Part shown: in pieces, positions 36,401 to 51,400 of the stretch
Layout of the letters: the number at the start of each line of letters is the position of its first letter
Numbering within the stretch: position 1 is the first letter of the stretch
NCBI RefSeq assembly: GCF_018977255.1
Contig: NW_024704751.1
Location: 14,198,001-14,262,000, forward strand
DNA: 64,000 nucleotides
Source: Callorhinchus milii
Lineage: Eukaryota
Reading direction: 5' to 3'
Position numbers and translations under genes: made by a program
The notes under the pieces: model-generated
What the model saw: only the letters and a program-made list of their open reading frames with translations
Database searches by the model: none
What the model was told of the DNA's origin: nothing

Positions 36401-39400
36401 GACACTCCCAATAGAGATCACTCCTAAGGAAGTTGAAGCTGAAGTGGAAGCACAGACCTTCTCATCCACCAACGCTCTCGACTGATCCAACTGCAGCTTC
36501 TGCAGAGCTCTGATAAGGCCGTCCAGGTTCGGAACATCAGCAACACTGGCAGCTTTGGCAGGTTGGTTTGTGCAAGGATTCTCTCTTGCAATCATCTCCG
36601 GAGTATCGTTGAGCAACGGACATTTGATCTTGCGAGCCAGGTGGCCTCCCAGCGATTTGGGGTTGGAAAACTCCTTGAAGCACCTGGAACACACAAACTT
36701 GTCGTCCTTAAAAATAGCCGGCCACTTGGCGTTCCGATTATTCTTGGGCCTCTTGATTTTCAGAGGCTTCAGCAAAAGGTTCTTATTTTCGCCAGACTCC
36801 TCCGTTAGCCGAGTTGCGGACGCTGCCGCCTGCTCTTGTGACCCCTGTAATGTGGAAACGTCAACCACATCGCCGCACTCTTCCTTTATCTGCCTCTTGC
36901 CCTTGTAGTAACTCGGATGAGCCACTTTCACGTGCTTCTTCAGTTCCTTTGCCAACGTGTACCTCATCACACAGCCATCGACCCCGCAAATGAAGTGATG
37001 CAGATGTGCCAGGACATCTGTGAGGTCGCGGCAGTTTTGGTTGGCGGCCCGATTTAGCTCCGGATGCAGCGTTGCCGCTTTCATCATGTCCTCAATGTCG
37101 CTCAACTCCTTAAAGGACGCCAGCTTCTCTAACGGTACCAGTAGGTTTTCAGAATAGACGCTCGGAGAATTGCTCTTGCCGGGTTTAGTCTCGCTCACGA
37201 GCCCCTGATCTCCCCCACCTCCCTCGCTGCCACTGTGGCAGGAATTGCTCGGACACCGTGCGGGCGTGGCATTGATTTCACCCTCTTCCGTTCTCTGGGC
37301 CAGAGAAGAACTGCAGCTTTGCAAAGACTTCCCGGCGACGTCATTCAAGGCCTCGCCGCCACAGAGATTCTTGTCTGGAGTTACGGAATGATTGCCGGCA
37401 GCAACCAGACTTTCCGGGGAGTCCGTTTCCTTGGTTTTCACAGCTGGGTTTTCCCAATTTGTTATGCCGTGCGTTTGCAGGTGGTTTTCGAACTCGCTCT
37501 TGGAGAAGTAGAATTTCTTGCAGCCGGCGGTGTTGCAGGAGTAAGCGGCTTCTCTGTAATGCTGAGCTTCGTGGTGGTAAAGCAGGCAGGACCCGCTGAA
37601 AACCTTGCTGCAGCCCTTAAAAGTACACTTCGATCTGAATTCCTTATGCTGCTTTCTGTGCCTCACCAGCTCCGCAAAGGCCTGAAAGCTGGCGTTACAG
37701 TCCATCTGAATGCAGATATAGGGCTGCAAGCCCGAGTGTACTTTTAAGTGAGCTTTAAGATGGAAGTCGCTGACAAAATGGCGCCGGCAATACTTGCACA
37801 AGGCCTTCCTGTTGTTCATTTCGAGAAAGTGCCTGACATTATCATCATTGTCCAAGTGGTCGTTCTTTAAGTGCGCGGTTAGATTTTTGTAGTATTTGAA
37901 AGATCTTGAACAATCTGTACCAGGACACGGATAACTTTCAGTCCACGGGGACAGTAAAGGTTCACTGGCTTGAGGCTTGGCCAAACCGGCTTTCCCTTCC
38001 TCTGTTGAATCACTTCCACTGAAAACTATGTAGTCATTTTCTCCCTCTTTTTCATTTTCTTCACCCGCTGAAGGCTGGGGCTTGGGAGATGTGGCCACAT
38101 TGAATAGAGCTTGAGTCAGCTTAGGCGTGTCCTCTTTCTTTTTCGGTTTCCTCTCTCGTTTGGGTTTCTTTATGTGTTCCTTCACGTGCGGGGTGAAAAG
38201 CTCCTTCTTCTTGAATTTCTTCGCACAAATGGGACACGAGAAGATCCCATCTCTGACGTGCGTCTTGGCATGGTGTACGATTCTGGCCACCACATAATCT
38301 TTCTTGCACAGTACACAAAAGAACATGTTCTGGAGCCACCTGTAGTATCTCTCGGACATGACCTTTTCCTTCTTTTTGTAAGGAACGTCCGTGAATCTCT
38401 CGAGCTGCTCTTTCATTCTCCTCTCATTCTCCAAATCTTGCATCCTACTCATCTGATCAAAGAGTTCGTTATCGTTGGGTTCGTCTTCGCTAAGTTCATC
38501 CTCGGAAATTTCAGTCGCTTGATCACCTAGTTGCCCACGGCAATGTCGTTTCAGAGTTTTCCAATCCCAAAACTCCGGATCGAAGGGCCAGTGGGCTTTC
38601 AAGGCCAGCAGGAGTTCACAGCGTAATGAATTTGGTATAGGGCCATTTTCTTCATTGCACTTTTGATCGGGCTGGTTATATAGCCTTTCCACTTCACGGT
38701 ACGCTTCCAGGCCAGGCTCCAGCAGGAATTGAGTGAGCTGACAAGCTCGCCGAACCTCAAGGTCCTCCGGCATCAAGCATGCAATGGTTTTACAGATTGA
38801 TATTTGCATTTCTGAATTGGTGTTGGACTGAATACGGAGGGCTCCTACACACAGCTCAATGGAAATGGGGAGACCAGCTCCTTCAGCCTAGGAAAGAAGA
38901 GAAAAGAAGAGTTACATTAGCTTCCACCCTAAAGAAGACTTTAGGATCTTTTGGCAGTGTGTCCACCCAGCCCCCCTGACACAAAAGGTGTTATATAAAT
39001 GTAAATTTGTATTGTATAAGTTGCATTCCATCAATATATTCTATATGAGTAGTAGCACATAATTCCTTGCCAGCTTCTGCACAGTGTGTCACTGATTACA
39101 CACAACTGAGTAGCTGATTGTGGGGGATAAAATCGGAAGGCTTTGCTCTGACCTTTTTAAGGAAGGCATTTGGAGTAATGCTTGCAGAGATATGACTTTA
39201 CGAGAGCTGCCAGCTCTCTGGCATCTTGTTGAAGGGACCAATCTTCAGGTGGAGCTGACAATAGCGTCAGTGGGATATTCCATCACATGGGGGTGGGATT
39301 GGCACTCAGTCAGACGCTCCTCACCAGATGTACACATACTCCCACGTGGCAGCAGGGGGCACTGTCTCGTCACCACAAGCAGGAACGCTGACCTACATTC

Positions 39401-42400
39401 TCTTCCCTAAGCCGGAGATAAGGTCCAGCGGGTAATACCAATTGTTAATAATACACCACGCTCCACGCTAACCTTACAATTAACCATTGTCCCAGTGTTT
39501 TATCGCTGTAGCAAATTGGGCAACTCCACAGCAGATTTTCTTTGAAAAACAGCTTACAAATTAATAGATGGGATTCTTCCATGAGAGAATCACTGAAAGG
39601 CAGAATAGTTGTGGTTACGTCAGCCTGCGTGTTAAATTTATGCAAATTCAACTGAAGGCAAATACGAGCTAGAAGCAACAGCAAGGAACACAAATGCCAC
39701 TAATTTTAGAAGGGGGTTTATGTTTATCACTGTCTTGGTATGCTTCGCTGCTTTGTCAAATTTGAGACAGCGCTGCACAGAAAGAAGGGATTACTTGGAA
39801 AGATGTGAAGCAGAACAGCTTTATACAGTTCCACGCATCAACCGAAACCTTACATAATCAAAAGCAGGAGCAGAGAAACACTGAATACAGAAGTGGTTGA
39901 ATACTGCGCTGGGCAATACAACAAAGTAAGTGGATTATATGCAGCCAACAAAAAAATCAGGGTCAGTTCTATTCACGAAAACCACCAATAACTGACAAGC
40001 AGAGAGAGAGACGACCATTCTACATGGAAAGGAATTTCTTTGGACAGAACTCCTGCAAAATTAAAGGACTAATGTCATTAAATGTAATAGCATTTCTGTT
40101 CCATTTATAAAATTAAGAATGCTCTCAAAAATCTTACTTCAGATTGGATGACTTTTATAAGGAAGAATATATGGTACACAGTTCTTGCGCTGATTCCCAA
40201 TTGCCGACAGCGCTCCAGGAAGGAATCCAAAGAGGGGTCCATTCTCCGCTGTAACTTGCTCCAAAAAAGAGTGAGTTCCCTTTACAGAAAGAAAAACATT
40301 TTAGATCAGTGTATTTGAACAGGGACTTTCTGGGGAGATTTGAAGGTATTGTGGATTGAAAAAAAAACAATGGCAGCACTAAACCAGCTTTTCTTTCCAG
40401 TACATCTTGTTTCACCTTTTACTCTTCCTCTTGCCCCCTCCTTCCCCATCTTCTGGTCGCGCCTGCCTACGGTCATCGCACCCCCCACCCCACTCCCCTC
40501 CAGCTCAGGGTTGTGCTCCGCCACTGTCAAGCGCTCTGGGACGCTACCCTGTGTGAGGGGCTCTACATAAATGCAAGTTGTTGTTGTTCACATCTGGTTG
40601 CCTCTGACACTCTAGATAACAAATGCAGACTCACTATTAAGAGGAAGTTTACGTTAAACTGTTCCAATTCGACTTGATGTTTATTAAACATGGTTGGCAC
40701 TACAATATTCATTCAAGCTTTTACTAACTAACACAATTTTAACAATGCAACAAAGAGGAAGCTGTGGCTAATCCTATAAAGTAGGATTAGTAGAGTTGAG
40801 GAAAGCTCGATTTCAATTTACAAAACAGGGATACCAAACTAAGAGGCATGATCGGATTTCCCATATATTTTAATTCCCAAATCCTGTAAAGCAGGGTCAA
40901 GCACAATAAATGTTGCATTATGCAGCTGTACTAGTCTTATTTTGAATATAGGTATTTTCGCACCACAAAATACAGTCAATTCACTTTACAGTATGTCTTG
41001 TGATGCGCTTTGAGGCATCTCAACGACATGATGAGGTGCTATATCAAATGTAAGGATTATTACTTATTTTATTATTCATGATCTAGGCATAAATGAACAG
41101 CATGACCAATTGAAGGCACGGTCCCTTTCAGAATGGGTGTGCCAATGTGATCTCCCCAGCCAGTGCTATATATAGATTCTCCTTCTGGATTCTCTCAGAT
41201 CTTTCACAGAGGCAGAAAGCAGGAGATTAGTTTATAAGAGCACAAATAAATCCAAAACATAAAGCAATCGATGTCAGACACAGGGCGAAGGAACCTAATA
41301 GATGGAAGGTTTACAGAGGGAGTGATTCTTCCTAAGATCTGGTGTAGCCTTCCTTTTAACAGTAGATGTGCATTCTTACTCATGACTGGGGTAAACCAAA
41401 TGCATGTCTTTTCAAAAAGCCTCCTGATCAGAGGTGAATTTGCTCAGCTTCAGATCAAGGCACCAATAAGGAGATCCCATCTCCTCCTCTAAGCTTATGC
41501 CAACCCATCACCTTGTCTCAAAGTGCTCACAGGATAGAACGTATAGTGGTAAGATTACATATATTTTGTGGGCAAATGCAGCAATTAATCTGCGCACAGC
41601 AACGTCTCTTTATGAGTGAGTGAGTGACTCACTCACCAAGGAGTGAGTGATTAATTTTATTTGGGGGATTTGTTGGCACAATTTTATTTGGGGAATTGCT
41701 CTCCCAGAACACTGAGAAATCCTGTTCATCATTTAGCTGCTGAAATAAATACTGGATTTTACAAATGGGATGATTTAAAGCAAAACAAACAAGAATGGCG
41801 CAGTGGCACAGGTGTGGAGAACAAACATCGTCACCACAAGGCCTCCGTTGTACATCAAGCCCGACATGCTAAAATAATCACAGATGAACAGATACATTTC
41901 ACCAGTGATAGTGTGGTAGCAGCAATCTGTAACAATTATCTCTCGCTCGCCTATGAATAAGATCAGCACCGTTAGGATAAAATTCAACATGAGGGGGTGG
42001 TGGGAAAGACACGGGGAAGTGGAGGGAGAAACACTAGGAAAACAGAGAGATGAACTCTTTTGCGTGCAGGGAAACCCAGCATTACATTCCCAGTAACACA
42101 GATAACAATAATAATCCTTGCTTTTGATATGGTGCCTTATCACGTTAGAGACGATTCAAAGTGCTTCACAGAATATATGGTGAATTGACTGTATATTTTG
42201 TGGGCGACTTATTAAGATATTCTTAATAAATCCAAAGAATGTGGGTGTGCGTGTGTGCAGATTTGGAGGCCGTGTAAAATCTTCAAGGCATCAAGAACTT
42301 ACCAGGAACAATAGACACTTTCTTGCTGCAGTTGATGGGTCAAGAAAGTTGTGCACAGAATAAAGGCGGTGTTTTCCTGGCCTTCAGACTCCAAGTTACA

Positions 42401-45400
42401 AATAATGTCCAGCACTTCCTTGCAGTCAATGCGTGTGATCTAACAAAAACAAGAGTTTGGGATGAGACTGGAAAGTGTTTTATGGTCACATTATTCCTTG
42501 AACCAAATCATTACAAATTCCAGAAGGTAATAATAATATGCCTTGCATTTGATATAATAATAATCCCTGCATTTGATATAGCTCCTTATCACGCCTTCGA
42601 GATGTCTCAAAGCGCTTCACAAAATATACTCCAAAGTGGATTGATTGTGTAGTTTGTGGGTGAAACGAACGTAGCAGCAACATTAACATATAAACGAAAT
42701 GGACAAGTGGAACTGCAATTTACAAAGTTGATTTAAGTACAAAAGAAAAGAAAATCTACAGTTTAAAATAAAATTTTCCAGTGGAAAACTATCAATTGGG
42801 GGGGAGGATTTTTTTTGTTGCAAGTGTCGTAATTGCTTCAGCTCTTACAAGTACAGCATTAACAACAACAATTTGTACGTATATTGAGCCCTTCACGCCT
42901 GACAGCACCAAGGAGCGCGAACACGGTGACCACATAATTAGCTCACTCACCTCTTCTGCTGCCTCCTCATTGGGCCCTGTACTGCACAGGCAGGTGAGGT
43001 AGATTTGTCGAAAAGTACCTTTGCTGCTAATTTCAGGGGTTTCTGTGCAACACTTTGCAAGCAGCATTGCCTCAAGTGTACGATCGGACTTCAGTAGGTG
43101 TTTAATTCGGATCTCAAGGTACACTGGCCCCTCCTGGGTTAAGTAGCTTTTCACTGTACAAACAAAATAATATTTAGTCCTGGCATTTGGTGGTAGCAAA
43201 GTTCACATCAGGAGGATGACGCAAAGCGCTTCACAGAATTTACTGAGAAGTATAGTAACTATGTATTTGAGGTCAAATGCAGCAGCACATTTGCACACCT
43301 CTTAAACCGTCTTAAAGGATAATAATCCTATGATACTAATCCTTGCATTTGATATAGCGCCTTATCACGTCTTCGAGACGTCTCAAAGCGCTTCACAGAA
43401 TATACTGTGAAGTAAATTGATTGTACATTTCGTGGGCGAAATGCAGCAGTTCCGCAGGTGCGAAAATGTGCTGATGCATTTGACAACAAATGCTGTCCCA
43501 CAAACAGTCGTGGATCGAGTGACCAAATATGTTTTTTTTTTAATAATGGATTTAAAAGGAACATTACAGCTACAGAACTTTATGTAAAGCTGTGTTATTC
43601 TCACCTTCTTCAGCCTCCACTGTTTCTCGTGAAAGAATGCATCGCAGGGCTTTATTTCTCCATGCACCACCCTCTACAGAAATAGCCAGTAGTGCCTGGA
43701 GATCATTATTCCCATAATCCATCAGCACATTGTGAGATTCCTGTCAAAAAGATTAGAGATCAATGATAATTCATCAATAAAGACACACAAATACCCAAAG
43801 TCGGTCTGTGTATCATTTTATTTGCTGAAATATAGCATGAATAGATTTTGAACAAGATTTATATTTGAACCCGCTATGAATCGGCCATTTCATTCAAAAC
43901 ATTAATGAGTTCAATTTTAATTTCAAACACTTTTCTCTACACGGGAAGCAAGCACAATAGATATTCTGGTGCTAACGTTCTTTTATTTTTGCGTCATGCG
44001 GAGTATGCTGGAAGTTCTGTTTGTAGAATATTACTTGTTGAATAAAGAAGAATGGATCGTATGATAAGTATTGTGTTGTGGGTAGTTCTTGAGATCGCTC
44101 TGAATGGGCCTGCATTCACCTGATAAGAGGTGAAGGAGAGCGACAGAATGAACCAAAAATGGAGATGTCTGTAAGGCCGCTACAAGAGGTTAGATTGGGG
44201 GGCAACAAATATGGGGTGGGGGAAGTTCAAAGAAATATCGAGTTCCTTCTGAGAACGAAGAATAAATTTCAGCAGAGCACACATGGAAAGGTCACATTTA
44301 GCACCGGTGGTGGAAAGTATAACCTTGCTTATGGGGACAAATCAATTCAAAGTGACTTTAAAGCATGCAACATTTGATAAAAAATATTCCCCTGTGTACA
44401 ACCACTTCAAGCAGAAAGAAGGCTTCGGTCACACATCTACTCACTTGCAATGTCTGCTGCAGCTGCTGCCACACGCCTTGGGGAACCTCATCTGCAGGCA
44501 GGGACAACAGCAGCTCAAAACAGCTCCTGAAAACATCAAACACAGGCAAGAACCATTAACCAAGCTCCTTTTATGTTTCACAATTCTAACGCAGAAGAGA
44601 TTATTTGCTGCAGAAATCAAACATTTTTTGCACCGCTCGGTAAAACGGAGTACTGTTATTTGGTAACGGATGAAGTTGGACACTTCAGGCATTTTATTAA
44701 TTAAAATAATTATTAAAGAGCGGGTACCGTCATTCAAATGCAGTACACAGCCATTTCACAGGACAGAGGGCATGATGTTCTTGAGAGAAGATATCAGTAT
44801 CATTTACCCTATCCCCTACTCTTTCACTAAAACCACAGACTGGAGCACAGTTAGTTCCTTTTCCAGTGAAAACCAACCTAACAGAGGTCTTCAAAATTCT
44901 GAAAGACTTTGAGAGAATAGATAATGAAAGATTACTCCCAATGACCGCTAAATTAATAGCAAGGGGGCACAAACTCAAGATTAAGGGGCGGGGGGGGGGG
45001 GGGGGGGGGGGTTCTTAGAAGAAACTATCAATGCAGAGGGTTATTACAACAAGCAAGGCTTTGCCAGTTGTGACGACTGATTAATATTTAAAAGGGAGTT
45101 TGAGAAACATCTGAAGCAAAATATAAAAGGATACATGAGCAAGGAAGTGGAATTAGAATAGCTAACCCCAGTAGAGCAGGGAGTATAAGCATAGGTTTGT
45201 TCTATTGGTTAATTTACTTCCGCCTACGCTGTAATTTTAATGATTTCAGCTATCACACAGTCCTCTGCCAAACATCTTGGCCCAAAAACTGATTGTAATG
45301 GACGCTAGCAGATCAAGAGACGTGTGAAACGTTATGGAACTTGAGCCTCCTCACTGTGAAGCACATGCTGTTATCGCTACGCTACAATGGTGTCCACAAT

Positions 45401-48400
45401 CCATCACCTGGCAAAGGTTTAACTTAGCTATTACTTCACTGAATGACAGCTACAAAAGCAGATCATTTTCTTAAACTGAGCGTTTAGCTGCAGAAATCTA
45501 CACAGGACCTGAAAGTGTCCAAATACCATTTAAAAAAAAAGCCTAAAAGGAGCAGCAGGCAGTGCTTTGCAGCAAGTCTGACTGTAAGGGTTGGACATTT
45601 GCTCAGATATTATGGCCCAATTGACCATTCGGTTGAACAATAAAAAAATAGAATTAGAGATAAATTTACTACTCCTGAAGGACTTCACATTATTTTCCCT
45701 GTATTTTTCGAAACAGACTAATACAATTAAAAAAAAAACTTACATTGCTAATCGACCGAGTACAAAATTAACATGAGTACATTCTGTGGTGAGGTAAGGC
45801 CTGGCACTCGTGTAACTCTGGATAGAAATCCGATAGACTTCCAACAATGGCAGTGGCTCCTCAGAAGCTTTCTCCCCGCATTGTACCAATATCTGAAGAG
45901 GGGGAATAGAAAGACGACTGATTACGCGTCAGCAATCATAATTCTCAGAGGGTAATGCACAAACACCAGTAGGTCAAGCCATTATTAGTAACCTATATAA
46001 AGTAGAGAGGACTTCCATCACTCTTTAACCATAAGATGTTTTGAGTGCATCAATCCCAGGATCACCGATGAAATGCTTTCAACAAACCAGCACAAGAAAT
46101 TGATAGATTAGCAGTACGAATGCTGCTTCAGGGTAAGAATGCTGCTTCATTTACGCCCTTGAGAAACTTTCTTCTCTCCACCCCCATTTCCTCAACTAAA
46201 AGAGATTCTGTGTGGAAGGCAAAAATTAGTGTTTTTTTTTGCATAGCTAGAATTCTACTTTCTCTATGCGGGGGCAGGGATGAGGAACAGAGAGGGAAAT
46301 ATGTAGAAATCATTCACAACACTATGAAAGTTAGAATACACATTTGTGAGAATATGAGCATCTTAATCTTTCCAATGCCGTAAGCTGTCATCCCGAGATA
46401 AATACAATTTGTTGTAGTTAATCATATATCTGTTTACTTAACTTTTCGTACAGGCTTCCTGCTGACAGGAAGGAATACAACTGCTGCTCATTTAATTATT
46501 TTGTTATTTTAATTGACTTATTAGACGTTTAAAGAGATTGGACGCATCATATCCAACCTTCCTTCATGTAAAAGCTGTCTGAACTTTTCAACTTTGGTGT
46601 ATGGTATAATATTTCATGCTGAGTTTAGAGTTTGTACTTCAAAATATGGTTAAGAGGGCACAGGGTCACACTTCCTAACACATGTATGGATAAAATCCAA
46701 ACTGGTTTCTCTTCATTTCTCTCAAATAGGCTTATTTAAAAAAAAATCTAATCCTAATTGTCTGAAGTGCAACCATCGTATTTCAAGAACACTCCTTTTA
46801 GCAAATCTGCATTCTTTATTAATTACTGAAACCTTCTTGTTTGCTAACAGTTAAGGACAAAATTTTGGTTATTTTCATCCAATACATGCATCTGATTATT
46901 TATGCGATGGTTCTTCCAAGTATTCATCATAATCCAGTGCGGGGAGGGGGCGGCAGAGAGAAGGGAGTGAGAAGCGGCAAGAAAAATGAAGTATGCGGGG
47001 AATGAAATAAAAATATAAATATGCTGGGGTGGGGGGGGCGAAGAGACACTAGTCAGTGCTCCCATTTCTGACTGACCACTGCTAGAAAATGCAAATGAGA
47101 CATTAGGTGAAAATATTAGTGGATACGCCACCCTTTGTTACTCACTTGGATGAGGTAACATAAGGTGCCAGGTATCCACAGAACTATACCTCAGCGCATC
47201 ATCTGTGCTCTCAGGAGTGAAGTGGAGAAGATACCTAAAATTATTTGAGCTCCGTCTACATGCATTTATCCAAACCCAAGCTGCATTGACTAGTCTTGCT
47301 ATTCTTGCTTCCTCTCTATGGTGGAGGCTCTCAGTAACCTTGGTTGCCCTGCTGCACGAAAGACCAACAAACCAAACTGCCACACAAATAACCAGCAAAT
47401 TAGTTATCAACAAAAGGCTGGTTTCATTTCTCCAATTTTGGACCTTTGCAACTGCACCTCACGCCATTCTCTAGTTTAAGGCACAAAAGGCATTTTTTTT
47501 GTCTTCCCAATGTACCTTTCGCTGGTTCAGTTCTGTGTAACAACAAGCAAGACATAAGGTCCAACTTGGCAAGCTTCCTGCACTTAGAGACGGTGACAAA
47601 CTAATGAGCCACTCAAATTACTAAGGCGTTTGTTGTAACTGTCTTGGAATCTTTGGCAAAGCTCCCAATATGAAGTTGTGGCCGACTGCGGAGGAGAGAA
47701 ATGCCCTCCAGCTCCCAATATCTTAAAGCCAGGTAAAGGAATGTATCAGATCCACAACATATTTGAAACTAATTAAAATATCATAAAATAATAGAAGTCA
47801 TTCCCATCTCAAGATCTTGTGTTACTATAAAAAACGTCTAGCCTTTGATGACAGCACTGTTATTCTTACGTTGAACCTACAGATCCCAGTGTTATCCTGA
47901 TCCGGTTCCTTATTTGTAACTGTGACATAAACAGCATCAGTTACCGAATAAAATCAGAAGTAGCTTTTAGCCACGGATTTCAGATTTAGCATCAGGGCCA
48001 TGTTTGCAACTCTCAGCACCCAGCAAGATAAGCATTTAACAACGGTGCACTATTTAGCTTTCACTGCTGTAGATGTACTAACAGGAGTGGGGGGGGGGCG
48101 GGGGGTTTACTCACACTGTTCTGAAAGATAAGAAACTGCTCTCCCCTGATTACATAACTATTTTGATAAGGATGGTGAGTGAACAGTTTTGCCATCCGCA
48201 TGAATCTGAGCCTACAATGTTGCAGCAGCAAGAGGCAGATAGGGGGAACAGAGCAAGAAAGAAAAACAATGAGCGGGAGAAAGTAGCAAGAGAAACAAAG
48301 CAAATAATTAACATTCTAAGCAACAACCCACGCCATTACGCTTTTCCATAATTCCAGCGACAACCATGGGAACATTTCTGACAGACGCAGTTTCGCAGCA

Positions 48401-51400
48401 CGCATTCATCAGGGGCTCTGAGGGCAGCAACAGCTCATCCTCGTCAAAAGCAGACCGCCTTTCCTGCATTAGCCACTCATTTCTGAACCAAATCTAGCAT
48501 AACGATCAAAGCATGCAAGGGATATCTTCACAATTTGATATAAGGTAAGGGGGGGGGTCCGTTCCCTCCAGGGTGAGAGTGCACATTCCATTCCAACAAT
48601 CTATCTTTGGGATTTCCAGGTGTAGGTAGGTTGCATGGAAATCTCAGCTTGGTTTGGATTCTCTCAAGCACGGTGATGGGTTGGTTTCCGCGTGTGTCAG
48701 ACATTCACAATTTAAATGCTGTCATCGCTGCACCAAAATCATCGATACTCGATTTTCAATCCACCACAAAGGAAAATTCCTTATCAGCAATACGCACACT
48801 GTACTTTATAAGCAAAGCATAATTACAGTTAAGCACAATTAACTCCATGCAAATTTCTGATGAATTTTACGGACAACCAAAAGAAATGATTATGTGCATC
48901 TGAACTGATAACATCCTTCATCTCCAACTCCCAATTTCTCTTCGTTAACAATTATCTGTATCCTTTGCAGCTTCGCTTTCAACCAAAGGATCCAATACGA
49001 AATGTAGATTGACACACAGACAGACATTTCTGTACTCAGCTGGGAGGACCTCCTGGTTAGCAGGACCTCCTGGTTGGGAGGTATTTTTTTTTAAACTCAC
49101 AAGTTTTACAAAACTGTTGAATTTACAATCTCACTGCAGTTTTCACATTGGAAATCAATTCAGGGACGCATGAAATCCACATAACAACAACAATAATACT
49201 TGCATTTGATATAGCGCTTTTCAGGTCTTCTAGACCTCTCAAAGCGCTTCACAGAACACACTGTAAAGTGAATTGATTGTATATTTGTGGGCGAACGCGG
49301 CAGCCAATTGCGCACAGCAATGTCCCACAAACAGTCGTGGATTGAAAATGACCAATTTATTATTTTTTTGTTTTGGAGGGATTATTATTAGGCTCTGTGT
49401 GGAGTAAGAAAACTTGCCCAAGGTTTCGCCCTCTGCCTGGAACCGAACCCAGGTGTCTCGCTTTATGGCTTTTGCTTTCTGTTCCACCATCAGTAGCCGT
49501 GCCTTCAGCCACTATACCCTGAAATTGTGGAACTCTCCCTCATTCCCCCACCTTGCCCCCTCCTTCCCCACCTTCAAAGCCTTGGTGCTGCTCACATAAG
49601 GGGAAATATACCATCAATTCTCATGCACTCTAAAATAGCTGACTAGATCACCCTCGCCACACATTCTAACAACACGGAAGTAAAAAAAAACTATTTACCC
49701 CTGGGCATACACAATGTTCTCTTCTTAAAGGAACACAGCACGTTATTTGTTTCTTGCATAAGTTGCAGACACGATTGTCAATGTAAAAAATGCTGCTTCA
49801 GAGAGCAAACCAGCTATGGGAGAGCAGGAACTTGTGGGGTTTTCCTGCCATCTGGCGCACACAGATCAGCTTCAGCAAACAGAAAAACAAACCCTGAAAA
49901 GTCTGTTTTACTATAAACAATGTGCACTGTGGGATCAAGGTTACTCAGTAATTGACACCTCATCACACAGGAATGTTAATGTTCAGTGGGAAACTTCAAA
50001 GAGATAAACGATTCACTGGGTGTGAAATACACAATAATAAATCAGAACCCCTCTCTTCTAGATAGTGTACTTGACTGAGAAGAGTTTAACTTCTTCTGTT
50101 AAATTGCATTGTTTGTACTCTTTTACATGGTTTTCTTTCATAGTTTGGAAAGATGGAATACAATTTTAAATGTTGGAAAATAAACTATTAAAACACCCAA
50201 AAAAGCAGACAACAACTGGCATTTATGTAGTGCGCTTCAAGTACGTAGCATCTCAGAGCACTCGAATCGTGCTTACAAGGTCTCCCTAAACAGTTTCAAC
50301 ATTTAGAAGTATTACATTTAGAAGGTTACAATGGAAAACCGAAGAAATGAATAGTAGGTTGCATTGACATTTGTTGAGATGAAAGCTCTCAATTACTCAA
50401 ACTAGTGAAAGCAAGACAATGAGAATATAACTGCACAATGCAGGATATTGTTGGCTAAAGTGGATAATTTTCACTATCGATAAGAAATAAGTTTCACACA
50501 CAAAAAGGAAAATGTTATCGTTATTGGAAAAATCACTGACTGGGTCAGGGTCACTCAAGAGTCGATACTCCTCCATCTCAATATAAAGGGCTTTGTTGTG
50601 AACTGCATCCTCAGCTCTTGACAAATAAACACAGGGGTACACACATGCCTGTCAATAAGAAAATAATGAATAAAACCAAATTTTGGCACTGCAGATGGTC
50701 TTATGACTATACTATCCGCATACCAAACAAGAGAAGGTGGACTAGCCAAAGAATGAAGTTCATTAATCCTGCCAGGAGAGAAGAACACCAATAGGGCGAG
50801 ACGCTTATGTGTAAGAATCTTATCGAAAAAGTTTTAAATGGTACAGACAACAATGTGCTTAAAGGTAGATTCAAATCTCACGTAAAGAAACCATTCAACT
50901 TCCCAAGCACTGCCCATGAAATCAGTTGTTTGACCAAAAACATTGGCAAAGAGAGACGAGGCTTGTTAGTGGACAGCTATTATTGTCTTTAAGTGAAACC
51001 CTCAGTTACATAAAGACCATTCCTTTTCCTGAACTCGGAAGTTGACTCCTGACATCAACTACGAACCATTCAAGTAGTGGCTTCAGTTGGCTCGTATGCT
51101 ACATGCGACAAAGCATGGCCAAGTCAACATGAAGGTGCTAACTACTAAAGCAAGCCAAATTATAATAATCCTTGCATTTGAAAGAGCGCCTCATTATGTC
51201 GTTGCAAAGTCTCAAAGTGCTTCACAGAATATATTGTAACGTGAATTGATTATATATTTTGTGGGCGAAACGCGGCAGTCAATTGCGCAAGCAGTGTCCG
51301 ACAAATCATCGTGGATTGAGTGACCAAATTATTAATTTTTTTGAAGGGATTATTACCCCCGGAAAAGAGATCCGCCAATCGATTAACAATTGGGTTCCTA

